Assembly: GCA_023260815.1 (NCBI GenBank)
Contig: JALQUE010000184.1
Location: forward strand, 1-44,972
From: Roseovarius sp.
GTDB taxonomy: Bacteria; Pseudomonadota; Alphaproteobacteria; Rhodobacterales; Rhodobacteraceae
DNA: 44,972 nt
Reading direction: 5' to 3'
Shown here: one piece after another, positions 28,726-38,380 of the stretch
Layout of the letters: the number at the start of each line of letters is the position of its first letter
Position numbering within the stretch: position 1 is the first letter of the stretch
Made by a program: the position numbers and the translations under genes
The notes under the pieces: model-generated
Databases searched by the model: none
Told to the model about the DNA's origin: nothing
What the model saw: only the letters and a program-made list of their open reading frames with translations

Positions 28726-29666
28726 CAATGAAACCTTTGGGAAGCGCCACGACATCCGTGGAAGAAACGATTGAAAAGGCGATCAGTACCGCACCGCTTT
28801 TCCGGAACAGCAGTGATTTGGTCTACGGCCCGGTTTCTGGTGGTATTTCCAACGAAAACTGGCGCGTCAAGGAACGCACGGGTGCGGGCGACTGGTTTGT
28901 CAAAATCCCCGGTATCGGTACTGAGATGTTCGTTGACAGAGGCGCTGCCATGGACGCCTCCAAGAAGGCCGCGTCGGTGGGGCTTGGGCCAAGAGTCTAT
29001 GACGACCTGGCGGACCAAGGCATAGAAATCAACGATTTTATCCCGGACCGGCGCCCCTCGACCAATTCGGACTTCGCAGACCGCGATATTCGTAAAGCGG
29101 CGATCGGGGTTTACAAGAAGCTGCACGCCATGCCCGCGCTGGAGCTCACGAAGACCGTTTTCGACATGATCGATGAGCATGTCGAACAGGTGCACGATCT
29201 GGGCGCACCGGTTTACAAGGATATGCAATGGGTGATGTTGAACGTAGAGATGGCGCGCGAAGCAATCCACGCCTCGGGCCTCGATTTGGTGCCGGGTTTC
29301 AATGACCCTATGCCGGGTAACTTCATGATCGGCGCCGATGGATCCATCATGCTGATCGACTATGAGTATGCTTCCATGAACGATCGGTGCTACGATCTGG
29401 GTATCTGGTTTGGTGAGATGTTCTTTACACCCACACAGGAAAAAGAGCTGATCGAGGATTATTTCGGCTCCGTGCCTCAGGACATTCTCTCACGTATCAC
29501 CGTGCACAAGGCGCTCGCTGATGTGAAATGGGCGCTTTGGTCTATGGTGCAACTAAAGGTTTCACGCCTCGATTTCGATTTTCACAAATACGGAATGTGG
29601 AAATTGATGCGGTTTCACCAGATATCCGGCCATTCCGAATGGCGCACCCATCTGAGGAGCCTGTAG
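28722..29666 (+). CDS. Choline kinase-like phosphotransferase
   Basis: VSGGISNENWRV, FVKIPG, PGFNDPMPGNFMI, LIDYEYASMND; ATGA overlap. Confidence 0.88.
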   Translation: MTMKPLGSATTSVEETIEKAISTAPLFRNSSDLVYGPVSGGISNENWRVKERTGAGDWFVKIPGIGTEMFVDRGAAMDASKKAASVGLGPRVYDDLADQGIEINDFIPDRRPSTNSDFADRDIRKAAIGVYKKLHAMPALELTKTVFDMIDEHVEQVHDLGAPVYKDMQWVMLNVEMAREAIHASGLDLVPGFNDPMPGNFMIGADGSIMLIDYEYASMNDRCYDLGIWFGEMFFTPTQEKELIEDYFGSVPQDILSRITVHKALADVKWALWSMVQLKVSRLDFDFHKYGMWKLMRFHQISGHSEWRTHLRSL

Positions 29667-30054
29667 CGCAGATAGGTTCGAGGCTGACTGAACCCGGCGA
29701 GCGTGTAAGTCATAGCGGGCCAGAATACCCTCAACGTTCATGGTGCGGCAGGATACGGGCTGGGCAGGTTGTCTTCACCTTGTGAAAGCGCCAGCGCTGG
29801 AAGTGGGTTGGGCAACTCTAGTAAGACGTGACCCCAAAGAGCCTCAAGCCCTAGTCTGAAACAGCAAAAAACTATGGCGCCGCTAGCGACTATCCCGCCT
29901 GGTCCATGCGCGACCTGTTTGCCACGCACTTAATTTTCAGGGCAGTCAAATCAGCTGGAGCGATCCGAAAACAACTGCATAATCGGACGAACTTTGCTGA
30001 GCGAATGCCGATCGCTTCTTTCAAAAGTGGTCTTCTATAGTTTCGCGAAGACTG

Positions 30055-30533
30055 ACGATGGTGAGCGGCCGATAGAGACGCACCGTCTCCTGTGCCTGAC
30101 GCAGGAAAGTTCTTGCGGCCTTGGTGTCGCGCCGTGCTGTGAGGCGAGACTCGATCAACTGCCCGTATTGATCGACCGCACGCAAGAGACAGCACCAGCG
30201 GCCGTTTACCCAGATGTAGGTCTCATCCGTATGCCAAGTCAGGCCGTGGCAGGACCGGTGACTGCTCAGGGCGCGCTTTCGGACCTTGAGGCTGAACTTG
30301 CGCACCCAGCGATTGAAAGAAGCCGCATCCACCGAGATAACCGCGCTCGGCAAGCATGTCGTGAACATCGCGATAGGATAGTGGGTAGCGGCAGTACCAG
30401 GGGACCACCAGCAAGATCACACCCTTTGGAAACCGATGGCCTAGGAACAGATCACGACGCGCCATTATACCCCCCCTCCACGGCCTCATGCCAACATCTC
30501 ATGTGCGCGCCTGGCCGCCAATGCAACAATCTC
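30055..30533 (-). mobile_element. IS6-family remnant: left IR plus frameshifted, 3'-truncated transposase
   Basis: IR-like GAGATTGTTGCATT from 30533; ATG 30465 MARRDLFLGHRFP..VILLVV.WYCRYPLSYRDV..MLAERG, then in another frame WHTDETYI.VNGRW..L.RAVDQ.G...RD.KAA..F; homology ends near 30055. Confidence 0.88.
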
Positions 30534-30660
30534 AGAATAAGCCCGATGGCAGATGAAGCTCGCAATGAAGGGCAAAAATTTTCACCAAACGCGCCGCGTC
30601 TCAGATTTAAGGGCAACGCGACAATCATGACTTAGATATTCGTTTGGGAGTGGATAAAAC

Positions 30661-30675
30661 AAATGCAACAGTCCC
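30661..30675 (-). repeat. Solo IS6-family terminal inverted repeat
   Basis: Reverse complement GGGACTGTTGCATTT, about 40 nt beyond the Na/Pi cotransporter stop. Confidence 0.6.
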
Positions 30676-30717
30676 ATGTTAACAGGTTGTTAGTTCAACA
30701 TCCCCGCTGTCGAGCCA

Positions 30718-32370
30718 TCAAGATGTTGCAAGACGGCTTTCCAGCAGTTCGCCCCGTTCTTTCAACAGAGGATAGGCTATCATCGCAAAGCTGGTGTTTA
30801 GCATCTTCAGAGCGCGCAATAGCTCTAGGTGGATTGCGCTGGTCTCAAATGTCTCCGTCAGGCCCTGGCGCAGCCGTTGCAGGTGTGCACGCTGGAGTCT
30901 TTGCTCAAGGTCGCGCACGCGTTCTTTCTGCTCGACGAGTTCTCGGGCCAGACCAACATCCTCGGACATCAGAACTGAAATTCCATGCTGGACATTGCGC
31001 AGCACCACATCATGAAAATCAGTCAGTTCACGCCAGCCGTCTGCCGAAAATTGCACATCCTCCATGTCTTTTGACCGGGCAAGATCCACTACTTTTCTGG
31101 CTACCACATCGGCGCCAGCCTCAAGGTTGACTGCGATCGATGAAAGATCGAAGGCACGGTTGCTCGTGTCTTCATCCTTGCTGCGGACTCGTGACAAATA
31201 GGTCCGGATATCGAGCGACATGCGACTGATATTGTCAAATTCGATGCGGTAGTTCTTGGCGACGCTTTCATCATAGCACTCGAAAAGTTGCAGCGCTTCG
31301 CGCAGCATGATCTCGCATCGGTGGCCGATCTCGACAAGGTCGCGTTGAGCGCAGCCAAAAGCCCGACTTGGCTGGTGCAGTACTGTATTATCGAGTGCTG
31401 AGCGCCACTCCCCAGGCGTCGCGTTGCGAGAAGGCTCGCTCACCAGTGCGGTCGCCATCCGCATTATTGGGCCGACCAAGGGAAGGCTGACCAGCAGAAG
31501 TGCAAGGTTGAAGAAGAGATGCAGGTACAAAGCCAGTTGGCCTGCATCCGCGGCATGCAGGCTGTTTGGTGCATCGAGCTGCACCAGAAGAATCAAAGTC
31601 GCTGCGGCCCCTCCGCCGCGCAGGAACAGATTGCACCAGACCACACTGCGCACCGCGCTACTGGCATTGAGTGTCAAGACGAATGCAACGATTGATCCTC
31701 CCAGATTGGCGCCAAGGACCATTGCCAATGCCGCCTCAAGCGGCAAAAGCCCTTGCGACGCCAAGGTGGCGAAGAGCAGCACGGCCGCCACACTTGAATG
31801 AACAAGCCATGCAAATAGCGCTGCGATAACGAATGCTGTTGCCATATCGTTGGCAAGATAGCGCATCACGGTATCGGCACCTGCCAGATTGGTCAGAGGC
31901 AGACTTGCGTTGCGGATCAGGTCAAGCGACATGAAAATCAGCGACAGACCGATCAGAATGCGCCCGATCTGCCGTATGCGACGGGCTGAACTACGCAGGA
32001 AAATAATCACCCCGGTCAGCAGCAGAAGCGGCGTGATGATCGCGATCCGCGAATTGAGCATCAGTGCTACCAGAGAGGAACCAAGATCAGCCCCAAGCAT
32101 GATCGAAAGGCCTGCGACGCCTCCCATGGCCCCGGTGGATACAAAACCCGCCATAAGGACTGCCACCGCCGTGGAGCTTTGCATCAGGACGGCTGTGGAC
32201 GCCCCTGACATCGCGGCGGCAAAACGGTTGGACGTGGACCGGCGCAGCCAGAGACGCAACTGCCCGCCGAATGCTCGCTCAAACCCGGTTCGCACAAGGC
32301 GCACAGCCCATATCAGCAAGGCCGCTGCCGCGGCCATGTTGATTATGAACAGGAGTGGTGTACTCGCCAT
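30718..32370 (-). CDS. Na/Pi cotransporter family protein (NptA/YjbB) with C-terminal PhoU-like domain
   Basis: QSSTA and HSSVA repeats, LGADLG/LGANLG, HLFFN, ETSAIHLELL. Confidence 0.93.
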   Translation of the reverse strand: MASTPLLFIINMAAAAALLIWAVRLVRTGFERAFGGQLRLWLRRSTSNRFAAAMSGASTAVLMQSSTAVAVLMAGFVSTGAMGGVAGLSIMLGADLGSSLVALMLNSRIAIITPLLLLTGVIIFLRSSARRIRQIGRILIGLSLIFMSLDLIRNASLPLTNLAGADTVMRYLANDMATAFVIAALFAWLVHSSVAAVLLFATLASQGLLPLEAALAMVLGANLGGSIVAFVLTLNASSAVRSVVWCNLFLRGGGAAATLILLVQLDAPNSLHAADAGQLALYLHLFFNLALLLVSLPLVGPIMRMATALVSEPSRNATPGEWRSALDNTVLHQPSRAFGCAQRDLVEIGHRCEIMLREALQLFECYDESVAKNYRIEFDNISRMSLDIRTYLSRVRSKDEDTSNRAFDLSSIAVNLEAGADVVARKVVDLARSKDMEDVQFSADGWRELTDFHDVVLRNVQHGISVLMSEDVGLARELVEQKERVRDLEQRLQRAHLQRLRQGLTETFETSAIHLELLRALKMLNTSFAMIAYPLLKERGELLESRLATS

Positions 32371-32415
32371 TATGTCTCCAGTTGTCGGCTTCGTATGCCT
32401 TGTTTTCGGACCGTC

Positions 32416-33213
32416 TCAGAAATTGAACGGGCCAGGGCCATGATCCAGTGGCACTGCGGTCCAGACCCAGTCAGGCCCGATGTCGATCACCGCGCAGCCT
32501 GTCGGACCCGTCATGAAGCCTACGAAGGCGTCTTCGCGGCGGTCCAGCGCGAACGCACTGCAGGTCGATGGCGCAGTGACGACGGTATGCGGACCAAGCG
32601 CGCCGTGATAGATGCCATGAACATGCCCGGCAACAATCCTCACTGGCCGGTCGCATTGCTTGAGGACCCCCTCGAGGTCATTGCAATTTTCGAGGCCGAT
32701 TTCATCCATGAAGCGAATGCCTGTATACAAGGGCGGGTGATGCAGCGCCAGCAGTACAGAGCGGTTGCTTGCTTTTTCCAACGCGTTGGAGAAAAAAGAT
32801 AAGCTTTCAGGGCGAAGCCGTCCGCCGCCTTGCCCTTCGACCAGCGTATCGAGACCGATGACTGTTGTTTCTCCGATGTCCAAACTCCAGTCAATCAGGC
32901 CAGTGGGGGGCATCATCGGCAGATCGCCAAAGGCGTTCCTAAGGACGTCCCGACAATCATGGTTGCCGGGGACCACAAGCAGCGGTAGACCCAGCCTGTC
33001 GAGCTCGGACCGCGCCAGATCATAGCTTTCGGCACTGCCATCGTCGCTGATATCCCCAGTTACCAGGATGGCATCCAACGGACCGATTGCATCCAGTCGC
33101 GCGCACAGGGCATCAATCGCACGACGCAGAAGATGCGGGGTGTCGAGCCTCTTGGATGCAAGCGCGCCAGGGGCGACAACGTGCAGATCCGAGAGTTGCA
33201 GAAATCGTGCCAT
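32416..33213 (-). CDS. Metallophosphodiesterase (CpdA/Icc/GpdQ-like)
   Basis: SDLH, TGD, PGNHD, HHPP, GHVH calcineurin-like motifs. Confidence 0.93.
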   Translation of the reverse strand: MARFLQLSDLHVVAPGALASKRLDTPHLLRRAIDALCARLDAIGPLDAILVTGDISDDGSAESYDLARSELDRLGLPLLVVPGNHDCRDVLRNAFGDLPMMPPTGLIDWSLDIGETTVIGLDTLVEGQGGGRLRPESLSFFSNALEKASNRSVLLALHHPPLYTGIRFMDEIGLENCNDLEGVLKQCDRPVRIVAGHVHGIYHGALGPHTVVTAPSTCSAFALDRREDAFVGFMTGPTGCAVIDIGPDWVWTAVPLDHGPGPFNF

Positions 33214-33215
33214 TT

Positions 33216-34025
33216 CTATTTGATCCCTGCCCGCAGAAACGCTTGCACGAATTGTCGCTGGAAGACGAGGAAAGCGATCAAAAGCGGTGCCACGGACATG
33301 AGCGTCGCTGCCGATATCACACTGATATCGACACCGTTCTCAGGCGCACCGAAGATCGACAAACCCACGGTCAGTGGCCTTGTATCAGGCGAATTCGTTA
33401 CGATCAGTGGCCACAGAAAGTTGTTCCAGTGCGTCGACACGGACACAAGTGCATAGGCCAGATAGGTTGGACGCGCCAAAGGCACATAGACCCGCCATAG
33501 GATGCCTAACCAGCCGCAGCCTTCGACACGGGCGGCCTCGTGCAACTCAATCGGCACGCCCTTGAAGGCCTGCCGCATCAAAAATATCCCGAAAGCGGAG
33601 GCCATGTATGGCATCCCGACGCCCAGAATAGTATCGAACATCCCCAGCCTTGATACCATGACGTAGTTTTCGACGATCAGAACTTCCGGCAGGATGAACA
33701 GCTGCATCAGGACAAGGATGAAGACCAAGTCCCGGCCCGGAAACCGGACTTGGGCAAAGGCGAAACCGGCCAGTGTCGTCACAAAGAACTGTCCGATCAG
33801 AATGACGGTTACCAGCAAGAACGTATTCAGAAAATACTTCAGCCACGGTGCCCCATCCCATGCTGTCCGGAAATTATCGAGCGTCCAGGGCGCTGCGAGG
33901 TTGAAATTCACAGCGTCCGACGTCGTGTGAAACGCCGCCCAGAATGCGAACACCAAGGGCGAAATCCAGATCACGGCCAGCAACAGGGCGCCAAAGCTCT
34001 CGATATGTCGTGACAGGCCGCTCAT
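33216..34025 (-). CDS. Carbohydrate ABC permease (UgpE-like)
   Basis: Start MSGLSRHIE at 34025 (ATGA overlap); ELHEAARVEG EAA motif; WNNFLWPLIV. Confidence 0.93.
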   Translation of the reverse strand: MSGLSRHIESFGALLLAVIWISPLVFAFWAAFHTTSDAVNFNLAAPWTLDNFRTAWDGAPWLKYFLNTFLLVTVILIGQFFVTTLAGFAFAQVRFPGRDLVFILVLMQLFILPEVLIVENYVMVSRLGMFDTILGVGMPYMASAFGIFLMRQAFKGVPIELHEAARVEGCGWLGILWRVYVPLARPTYLAYALVSVSTHWNNFLWPLIVTNSPDTRPLTVGLSIFGAPENGVDISVISAATLMSVAPLLIAFLVFQRQFVQAFLRAGIK

Positions 34026-34915
34026 TGGTAATGTGTCCGTTTGTCGAGAATGGTGAATTTGATACCCGCGACGACGCCGAGAACCACCAGGATCATGATC
34101 GTCATGGCCGCGGCCTGAGGCGCATCGAAGAACGCAAAGGCCATCTCCCAGATATAATAGAGGATCAGCTTGGACGCGTCGTTCGGACCACCCTTGGTCA
34201 GGATGAACAGGTGGTCGATCAGCTTCACGGAATTGATCAGGGCGTTCACCATGATGAACAAGGTCGTTGGCATCAACAGCGGCAGCACGATCCTGCGCGT
34301 GTAGGTGAAGCGGCTGGTCCCTTCGATATCGGCGGCTTCCTTGAGGTCTTCTGGAATGGTCTGCAGGGCCGCAAGGTAGAAGATCATGAAGAACCCGGCT
34401 TCTTTCCAGATCGTCACGATGATCACGGCCCAAAGCGCAGTTTCAGGCTGACCCAGCCAATTGACCGTTGGCAGGCCGAACAGGGACCCGATCTGATCCA
34501 GAACACCAAGCCCCGGCGTGTAGAAAAACAGCCAAAGGTTTGCCGCCGCGATCATTGGGAGAACCGTCGGCGTGAAATAGGCGGTTCGCACGAAACTGCG
34601 CGCTGGCATTTTAGAGTTGGCCCAGAGGGCCATGACGAGAGCAATGGCAATGGACAGCGGGATTGTCGCTCCGGCGTAGATGAGATTATTCGTCACCACC
34701 TTCCAGAACGTCGGGTCGGCAAAAAGATCTGTGTAATTTTCGGTCCCGACGAATTCGCTTGGCCGGCGGCGCGTGTCACGGCTGAACACGCTTGTCCAGA
34801 GGGTTGCAAGGGACGGATAGAAGGCGAAAGCCGTAAGAAGTATCATGGCGGGCGACAGCAACAGCCACCCGTAAATGGCCTGTCTGCGGCGTTCGATATT
34901 CACGTGCTTTGCCAT
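34022..34915 (-). CDS. Carbohydrate ABC permease (UgpA-like)
   Basis: FVGTENY, LAALQTIPEDLKEAADIEG EAA motif, LTKGGP. Confidence 0.93.
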   Translation of the reverse strand: MAKHVNIERRRQAIYGWLLLSPAMILLTAFAFYPSLATLWTSVFSRDTRRRPSEFVGTENYTDLFADPTFWKVVTNNLIYAGATIPLSIAIALVMALWANSKMPARSFVRTAYFTPTVLPMIAAANLWLFFYTPGLGVLDQIGSLFGLPTVNWLGQPETALWAVIIVTIWKEAGFFMIFYLAALQTIPEDLKEAADIEGTSRFTYTRRIVLPLLMPTTLFIMVNALINSVKLIDHLFILTKGGPNDASKLILYYIWEMAFAFFDAPQAAAMTIMILVVLGVVAGIKFTILDKRTHYQ

Positions 34916-34941
34916 GCAATCCGGCCTTTCGCCCTGACGGA

Positions 34942-34973
34942 AACGGGTGCCAGGCTGAAACCTGGCACCCGTT
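34942..34973 (-). other. Stem-loop between SBP and permease genes
   Basis: AACGGGTGCCAGG-ctgaaa-CCTGGCACCCGTT perfect 13-bp stem. Confidence 0.7.
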
Positions 34974-34978
34974 GAAGA

Positions 34979-36235
34979 TTAACGGTAGTCCTTGAGAAGA
35001 CGCTCAGCGGCAGCCTGCGCCTCGGCCAGTGCCTCAGCGGGTGGCGTGCTGCCTGTCAGCGCCGCCTGGATTGCATTGTTCAGGCCATCCCGGACCCGCG
35101 CCGTCTCGAAGGTCGAGAATTCGGCAACGGCGTTTTCAAGCTGATTGCGCGCGACCAGAGCGGGCGGGAATTCCACCGTATAGGCTTTGAGGGCTTCCGT
35201 TTCGTAAGCCGCGGGCGACACGCCCATATAGCCCGTCGCGATCGACCATTCCGCGGCCTGCTCGGGCGCGGTCATGAACTCGATCAGCTTGAGGGCGGCG
35301 GCGCGCTCTTCATCTGTCGTGTCCTGGAAGACGTAGAAGTTTCCACCGCCGGTCGGCGATCCGGGACGTACATTAGCCGGAAGTTCGGCCACGCCGAAAT
35401 CAAAGCTTGCGCTGTTCTTGACTGCGGTCAGGTTGCCTGTGGAGTGCCACATCATGGCCGTCTGCCCTTCGAGGAAAGCCTGACGCAGGGTGCCCCACTC
35501 GACCGTACCGGTCGGCATGATGCCATGTTCGGTCGACAGGGACTTCCAGAACTCCAGCGTTTCAACCACGGCAGGATCGTCGAAATTGGTTTCGAGGCCA
35601 TCCCCGGACATGAGCTCCTTGCCGTTCTGAATGGCAAGTGCTTGGAACATCCAATAGGGGTAGCCCGTAGACGGGATCATCAGGCCATATGTATCACCCT
35701 TGGTCAGTGCCTTGCCCATGCTGACCAATTCATCCCAGCTTGAGGGTGGGGCTTCGGGGTCAAGGCCTGCCTCGCGGAACATGTCCTTGTTGTAATAGGC
35801 CACGATTGTCGAACGCTGGAACGGGATGCCCCATGTTTTGCCTTCGATCCGGCTATTGGCCATCAAGGCGGGGTAAAAGCTGTCGAGCCATGCCGCATTG
35901 ACACCTTCGATGTCCTCGAAGGCGACAATCGTTTCCTGTTCGATCAGATCATAGGCATCGATCGAGAACATGACCGCCAATTGCGCAGGCTCGCCCGAGG
36001 CGATGGCCGAAAGGGCGCGCACGCGGGTGTCGTCGTAATTGCCCGAATAGATCGCGTTGACCTTGATATCGGGATTGGCCTCTTCGAATTTCGCGACGAT
36101 GCCATCGACGACTTCGGTCAGCGCGCCGCCGACGGCGATGGGGTAGTACATCGTCAGTTCCGTTTCGGCGGCAACCGGTGCGGCAATCATGGTTGCCGTG
36201 ACAGTCGACAGTCCGATTTTCCTGAATGTGTTCAT
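34979..36235 (-). CDS. ABC substrate-binding protein (UgpB-like, family 1)
   Basis: Signal peptide; GIPFQRST..YYNKDMFREAGLDP, GSPTGGGNF, WSIATGY; AGGGAGA RBS. Confidence 0.93.
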   Translation of the reverse strand: MNTFRKIGLSTVTATMIAAPVAAETELTMYYPIAVGGALTEVVDGIVAKFEEANPDIKVNAIYSGNYDDTRVRALSAIASGEPAQLAVMFSIDAYDLIEQETIVAFEDIEGVNAAWLDSFYPALMANSRIEGKTWGIPFQRSTIVAYYNKDMFREAGLDPEAPPSSWDELVSMGKALTKGDTYGLMIPSTGYPYWMFQALAIQNGKELMSGDGLETNFDDPAVVETLEFWKSLSTEHGIMPTGTVEWGTLRQAFLEGQTAMMWHSTGNLTAVKNSASFDFGVAELPANVRPGSPTGGGNFYVFQDTTDEERAAALKLIEFMTAPEQAAEWSIATGYMGVSPAAYETEALKAYTVEFPPALVARNQLENAVAEFSTFETARVRDGLNNAIQAALTGSTPPAEALAEAQAAAERLLKDYR

Positions 36236-36277
36236 GATGATCTCCCTTGGATTGAACACGTGTCCGTGCGTCGGCCG

Positions 36278-37315
36278 TCAGGCTGACACCCTCTTCATGT
36301 GATTGGTACGATTTCCGTCTGCGTCGAAAAAATGCAGATCCTCATCCGCAAAATCTATTTCCAGCTCCTCTCCAGTTGGAATGTTCTGCAACCCCGGCAT
36401 CGAAATGGTCAGCCCATTGGCCGCAGGGTGCGTCAGCCCCACGAATGTCTCGGATCCGAGGAACTCGCATTCTGAAACGAGGCATTTCAGGCGGCCCTGA
36501 CCGGCCTCGGCCAACCGCAGACTCTCGGCGCGCAGGCCGATCTTTGCAGCGCGTTCAAAGCCGGGCAAAGCCGAACCTTCGATAAGCGCCATTGGCGGAG
36601 AACCGACGAATTCGGCGACAAAGGTGTTGGCGGATCGGTAATACAAGCTCTCCGGAGCGCCGACTTGCTGAATGCGCCCGTCCTTCATCAACACCACGAT
36701 GTCGGCCATGCTCATCGCCTCGGTCTGATCGTGGGTCACGTAAATCACGGTGATCCCCAAATCGACCTGCAGCTTCTTGATGTCTTTGCGCACAGAGGCG
36801 CGCAATTTTGCATCGAGATTTGAAAGTGGTTCATCCATCAAGCAAAGCGGCTGGTTCGCCACGATCGCGCGGGCCAGTGCCACGCGCTGACGCTGGCCGC
36901 CCGACAACTCGCCGGGCTTGCGCGCCTCATAGCCGAGAAGGCCGGTGATCTCGAGCGCGCGGTGGAGTTTTTCACGCCGTTCCGCCGCACCGACCTTGCG
37001 GACCTTAAGGCCGAAGATCACGTTCTCGGCCACGCTCAGATGCGGAAACAGTGCATAGGACTGAAACACCATGGACAGATTGCGCTCTGAGGGTGCGGCA
37101 GTGGTCACGTCCTTTCCATCGATGATGATCCGGCCTTCATCCGCCAGTTCCAACCCCGACAGCAGCCTTAGGGTCGTCGACTTGCCACATCCCGACGGCC
37201 CGAGCAGCGCCACGAACGACCCACGTGGAATGGATAGGGAAATGTCCTCGACACCGAGCTGGCCGTTCCAGCGTTTGGCAACGCCATCCAGTTGAACGAA
37301 TGCGTCCTGCATCAT
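36278..37315 (-). CDS. ABC ATP-binding protein (UgpC/MalK-like)
   Basis: GPSGCGKS, VFQSYALFPH, LSGGQRQR, MDEPLSNLD, VTHDQ. Confidence 0.95.
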   Translation of the reverse strand: MMQDAFVQLDGVAKRWNGQLGVEDISLSIPRGSFVALLGPSGCGKSTTLRLLSGLELADEGRIIIDGKDVTTAAPSERNLSMVFQSYALFPHLSVAENVIFGLKVRKVGAAERREKLHRALEITGLLGYEARKPGELSGGQRQRVALARAIVANQPLCLMDEPLSNLDAKLRASVRKDIKKLQVDLGITVIYVTHDQTEAMSMADIVVLMKDGRIQQVGAPESLYYRSANTFVAEFVGSPPMALIEGSALPGFERAAKIGLRAESLRLAEAGQGRLKCLVSECEFLGSETFVGLTHPAANGLTISMPGLQNIPTGEELEIDFADEDLHFFDADGNRTNHMKRVSA

Positions 37316-38088
37316 TCAGACTCCTCTGCAAACACGATCCGCCCGCCCAGAGGCTCGATCAAGTGGTGAAACTGGTCAGACGGCGGGCGGTCGCAAATAA
37401 TGGTGTCCAACTCAGAAAGACGCCCGCCCACGGATGGGGCAAGTCGGCCAAACTTGCTGCGGTCAATCACAAGGATGGATCGTTGAGCATTCTGCCACAT
37501 CCGATAGGTGGCTCGGACCTCGGCTTGGTGAAACTCCAGCAGCCTGCCATCAAGGTCGATGCCGGCAGTGCCGAAGATTGCGAATTCGGCTCGATAGCGC
37601 CCAAAAAATTCCACGACCTCTTCGCCGACGAAATCACGGTCAGGAAGGCGGATTTCGCCGCCGGGCACTATGATGCGGTTTGATATCTCTTCGCTGAGCG
37701 CCATCGCAACGCTCAGGTTGTTGGTGATGATCGTAAGCTCTTTCTTTCGATGGAGCGCGCGCGCGACACTGAGGGCTGTCGAGCCGATTGAAATGAAGAG
37801 GGTGGAGCCATCGGGGATCAGCGAGGCTGCAGTGCTCGCTATGGCACGTTTGCCGACAAGGTTGGTGCCGGCGCGCTGATCGAAAGGCGTGTTGCCCCGA
37901 CCCTCCGCCAATTCGATACGTCCATGTGACCGCTGAAGAGCTCTGCCGTCGCAGAGCGTATCAAGATCCCGGCGGATCGTTTGCATGGACACACCAAACA
38001 TCTCGGCCAGGGCGCCAACGGTCATACCGCCTTGCTCTTGCACGACCTGCTGTATCAGATCGCGTCGCCGGATTTTTTTCGACGCCAT
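37312..38088 (-). CDS. DeoR/GlpR-family transcriptional regulator
   Basis: LAEMFGVSMQTIRRDL, FISIGST, ITNNL, DRSKFGR; GGGGAG RBS before ATG 38088. Confidence 0.93.
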   Translation of the reverse strand: MASKKIRRRDLIQQVVQEQGGMTVGALAEMFGVSMQTIRRDLDTLCDGRALQRSHGRIELAEGRGNTPFDQRAGTNLVGKRAIASTAASLIPDGSTLFISIGSTALSVARALHRKKELTIITNNLSVAMALSEEISNRIIVPGGEIRLPDRDFVGEEVVEFFGRYRAEFAIFGTAGIDLDGRLLEFHQAEVRATYRMWQNAQRSILVIDRSKFGRLAPSVGGRLSELDTIICDRPPSDQFHHLIEPLGGRIVFAEESE

Positions 38089-38124
38089 GACTGACTCCCC
38101 CCGTTTTGATTGATTGTTGGTCAT

Positions 38125-38277
38125 TAAAAACCACAAAGCAACATTTATTTGGATCGCCCCGCCGTTGTTCCAACACGCCATTGATCTCGTGTGCTTTATT
38201 TTATTGTGTTATCTCCTGCGACTCAGAGATACATTATGTATGTAACAACAATATTAAGTGTCGCTTTGTGGTTTTTA
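38125..38277. promoter_or_regulatory. Pair of inverted 22-bp operator-like boxes in a divergent promoter
   Basis: 38125-38146 TAAAAACCACAAAGCAACATTT and 38256-38277 AAGTGTCGCTTTGTGGTTTTTA match at 20/22 as an inverted repeat in an AT-rich spacer. Confidence 0.65.
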
Positions 38278-38380
38278 CTTTTATTTTCCAGAAGGCGCTG
38301 TAAGTTTGAAAAGGTCAGGGCAGGCACGTGCAAACGTCGCGTCGCGATCTTTCGACGCTTGAAGGGGATGCACCACTCAC

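Noticed and set aside
27796-29666. Aminoglycoside resistance kinases or a lic phosphocholine operon
   Set aside because: Embedded in an importer operon, no LicB/LicC/LicD, and motifs differ from APH resistance enzymes.
29670-30050. Possible additional IS5/IS630-type end near GCCCTAG (~29848-29854)
   Set aside because: No partner IR and no recognisable transposase sequence.
34026-34433. N-terminal extension of the UgpE-like permease in the ORF track
   Set aside because: Overlaps the upstream permease; ATG 34025 gives an ATGA overlap and a normal length.
33944-34975. Long antisense ORFs (343 aa here; also 13574-14464, 16471-17157, 24195-24908, 28608-29270)
   Set aside because: Shadow frames opposite well-supported genes in GC-rich DNA, with no recognisable motifs.
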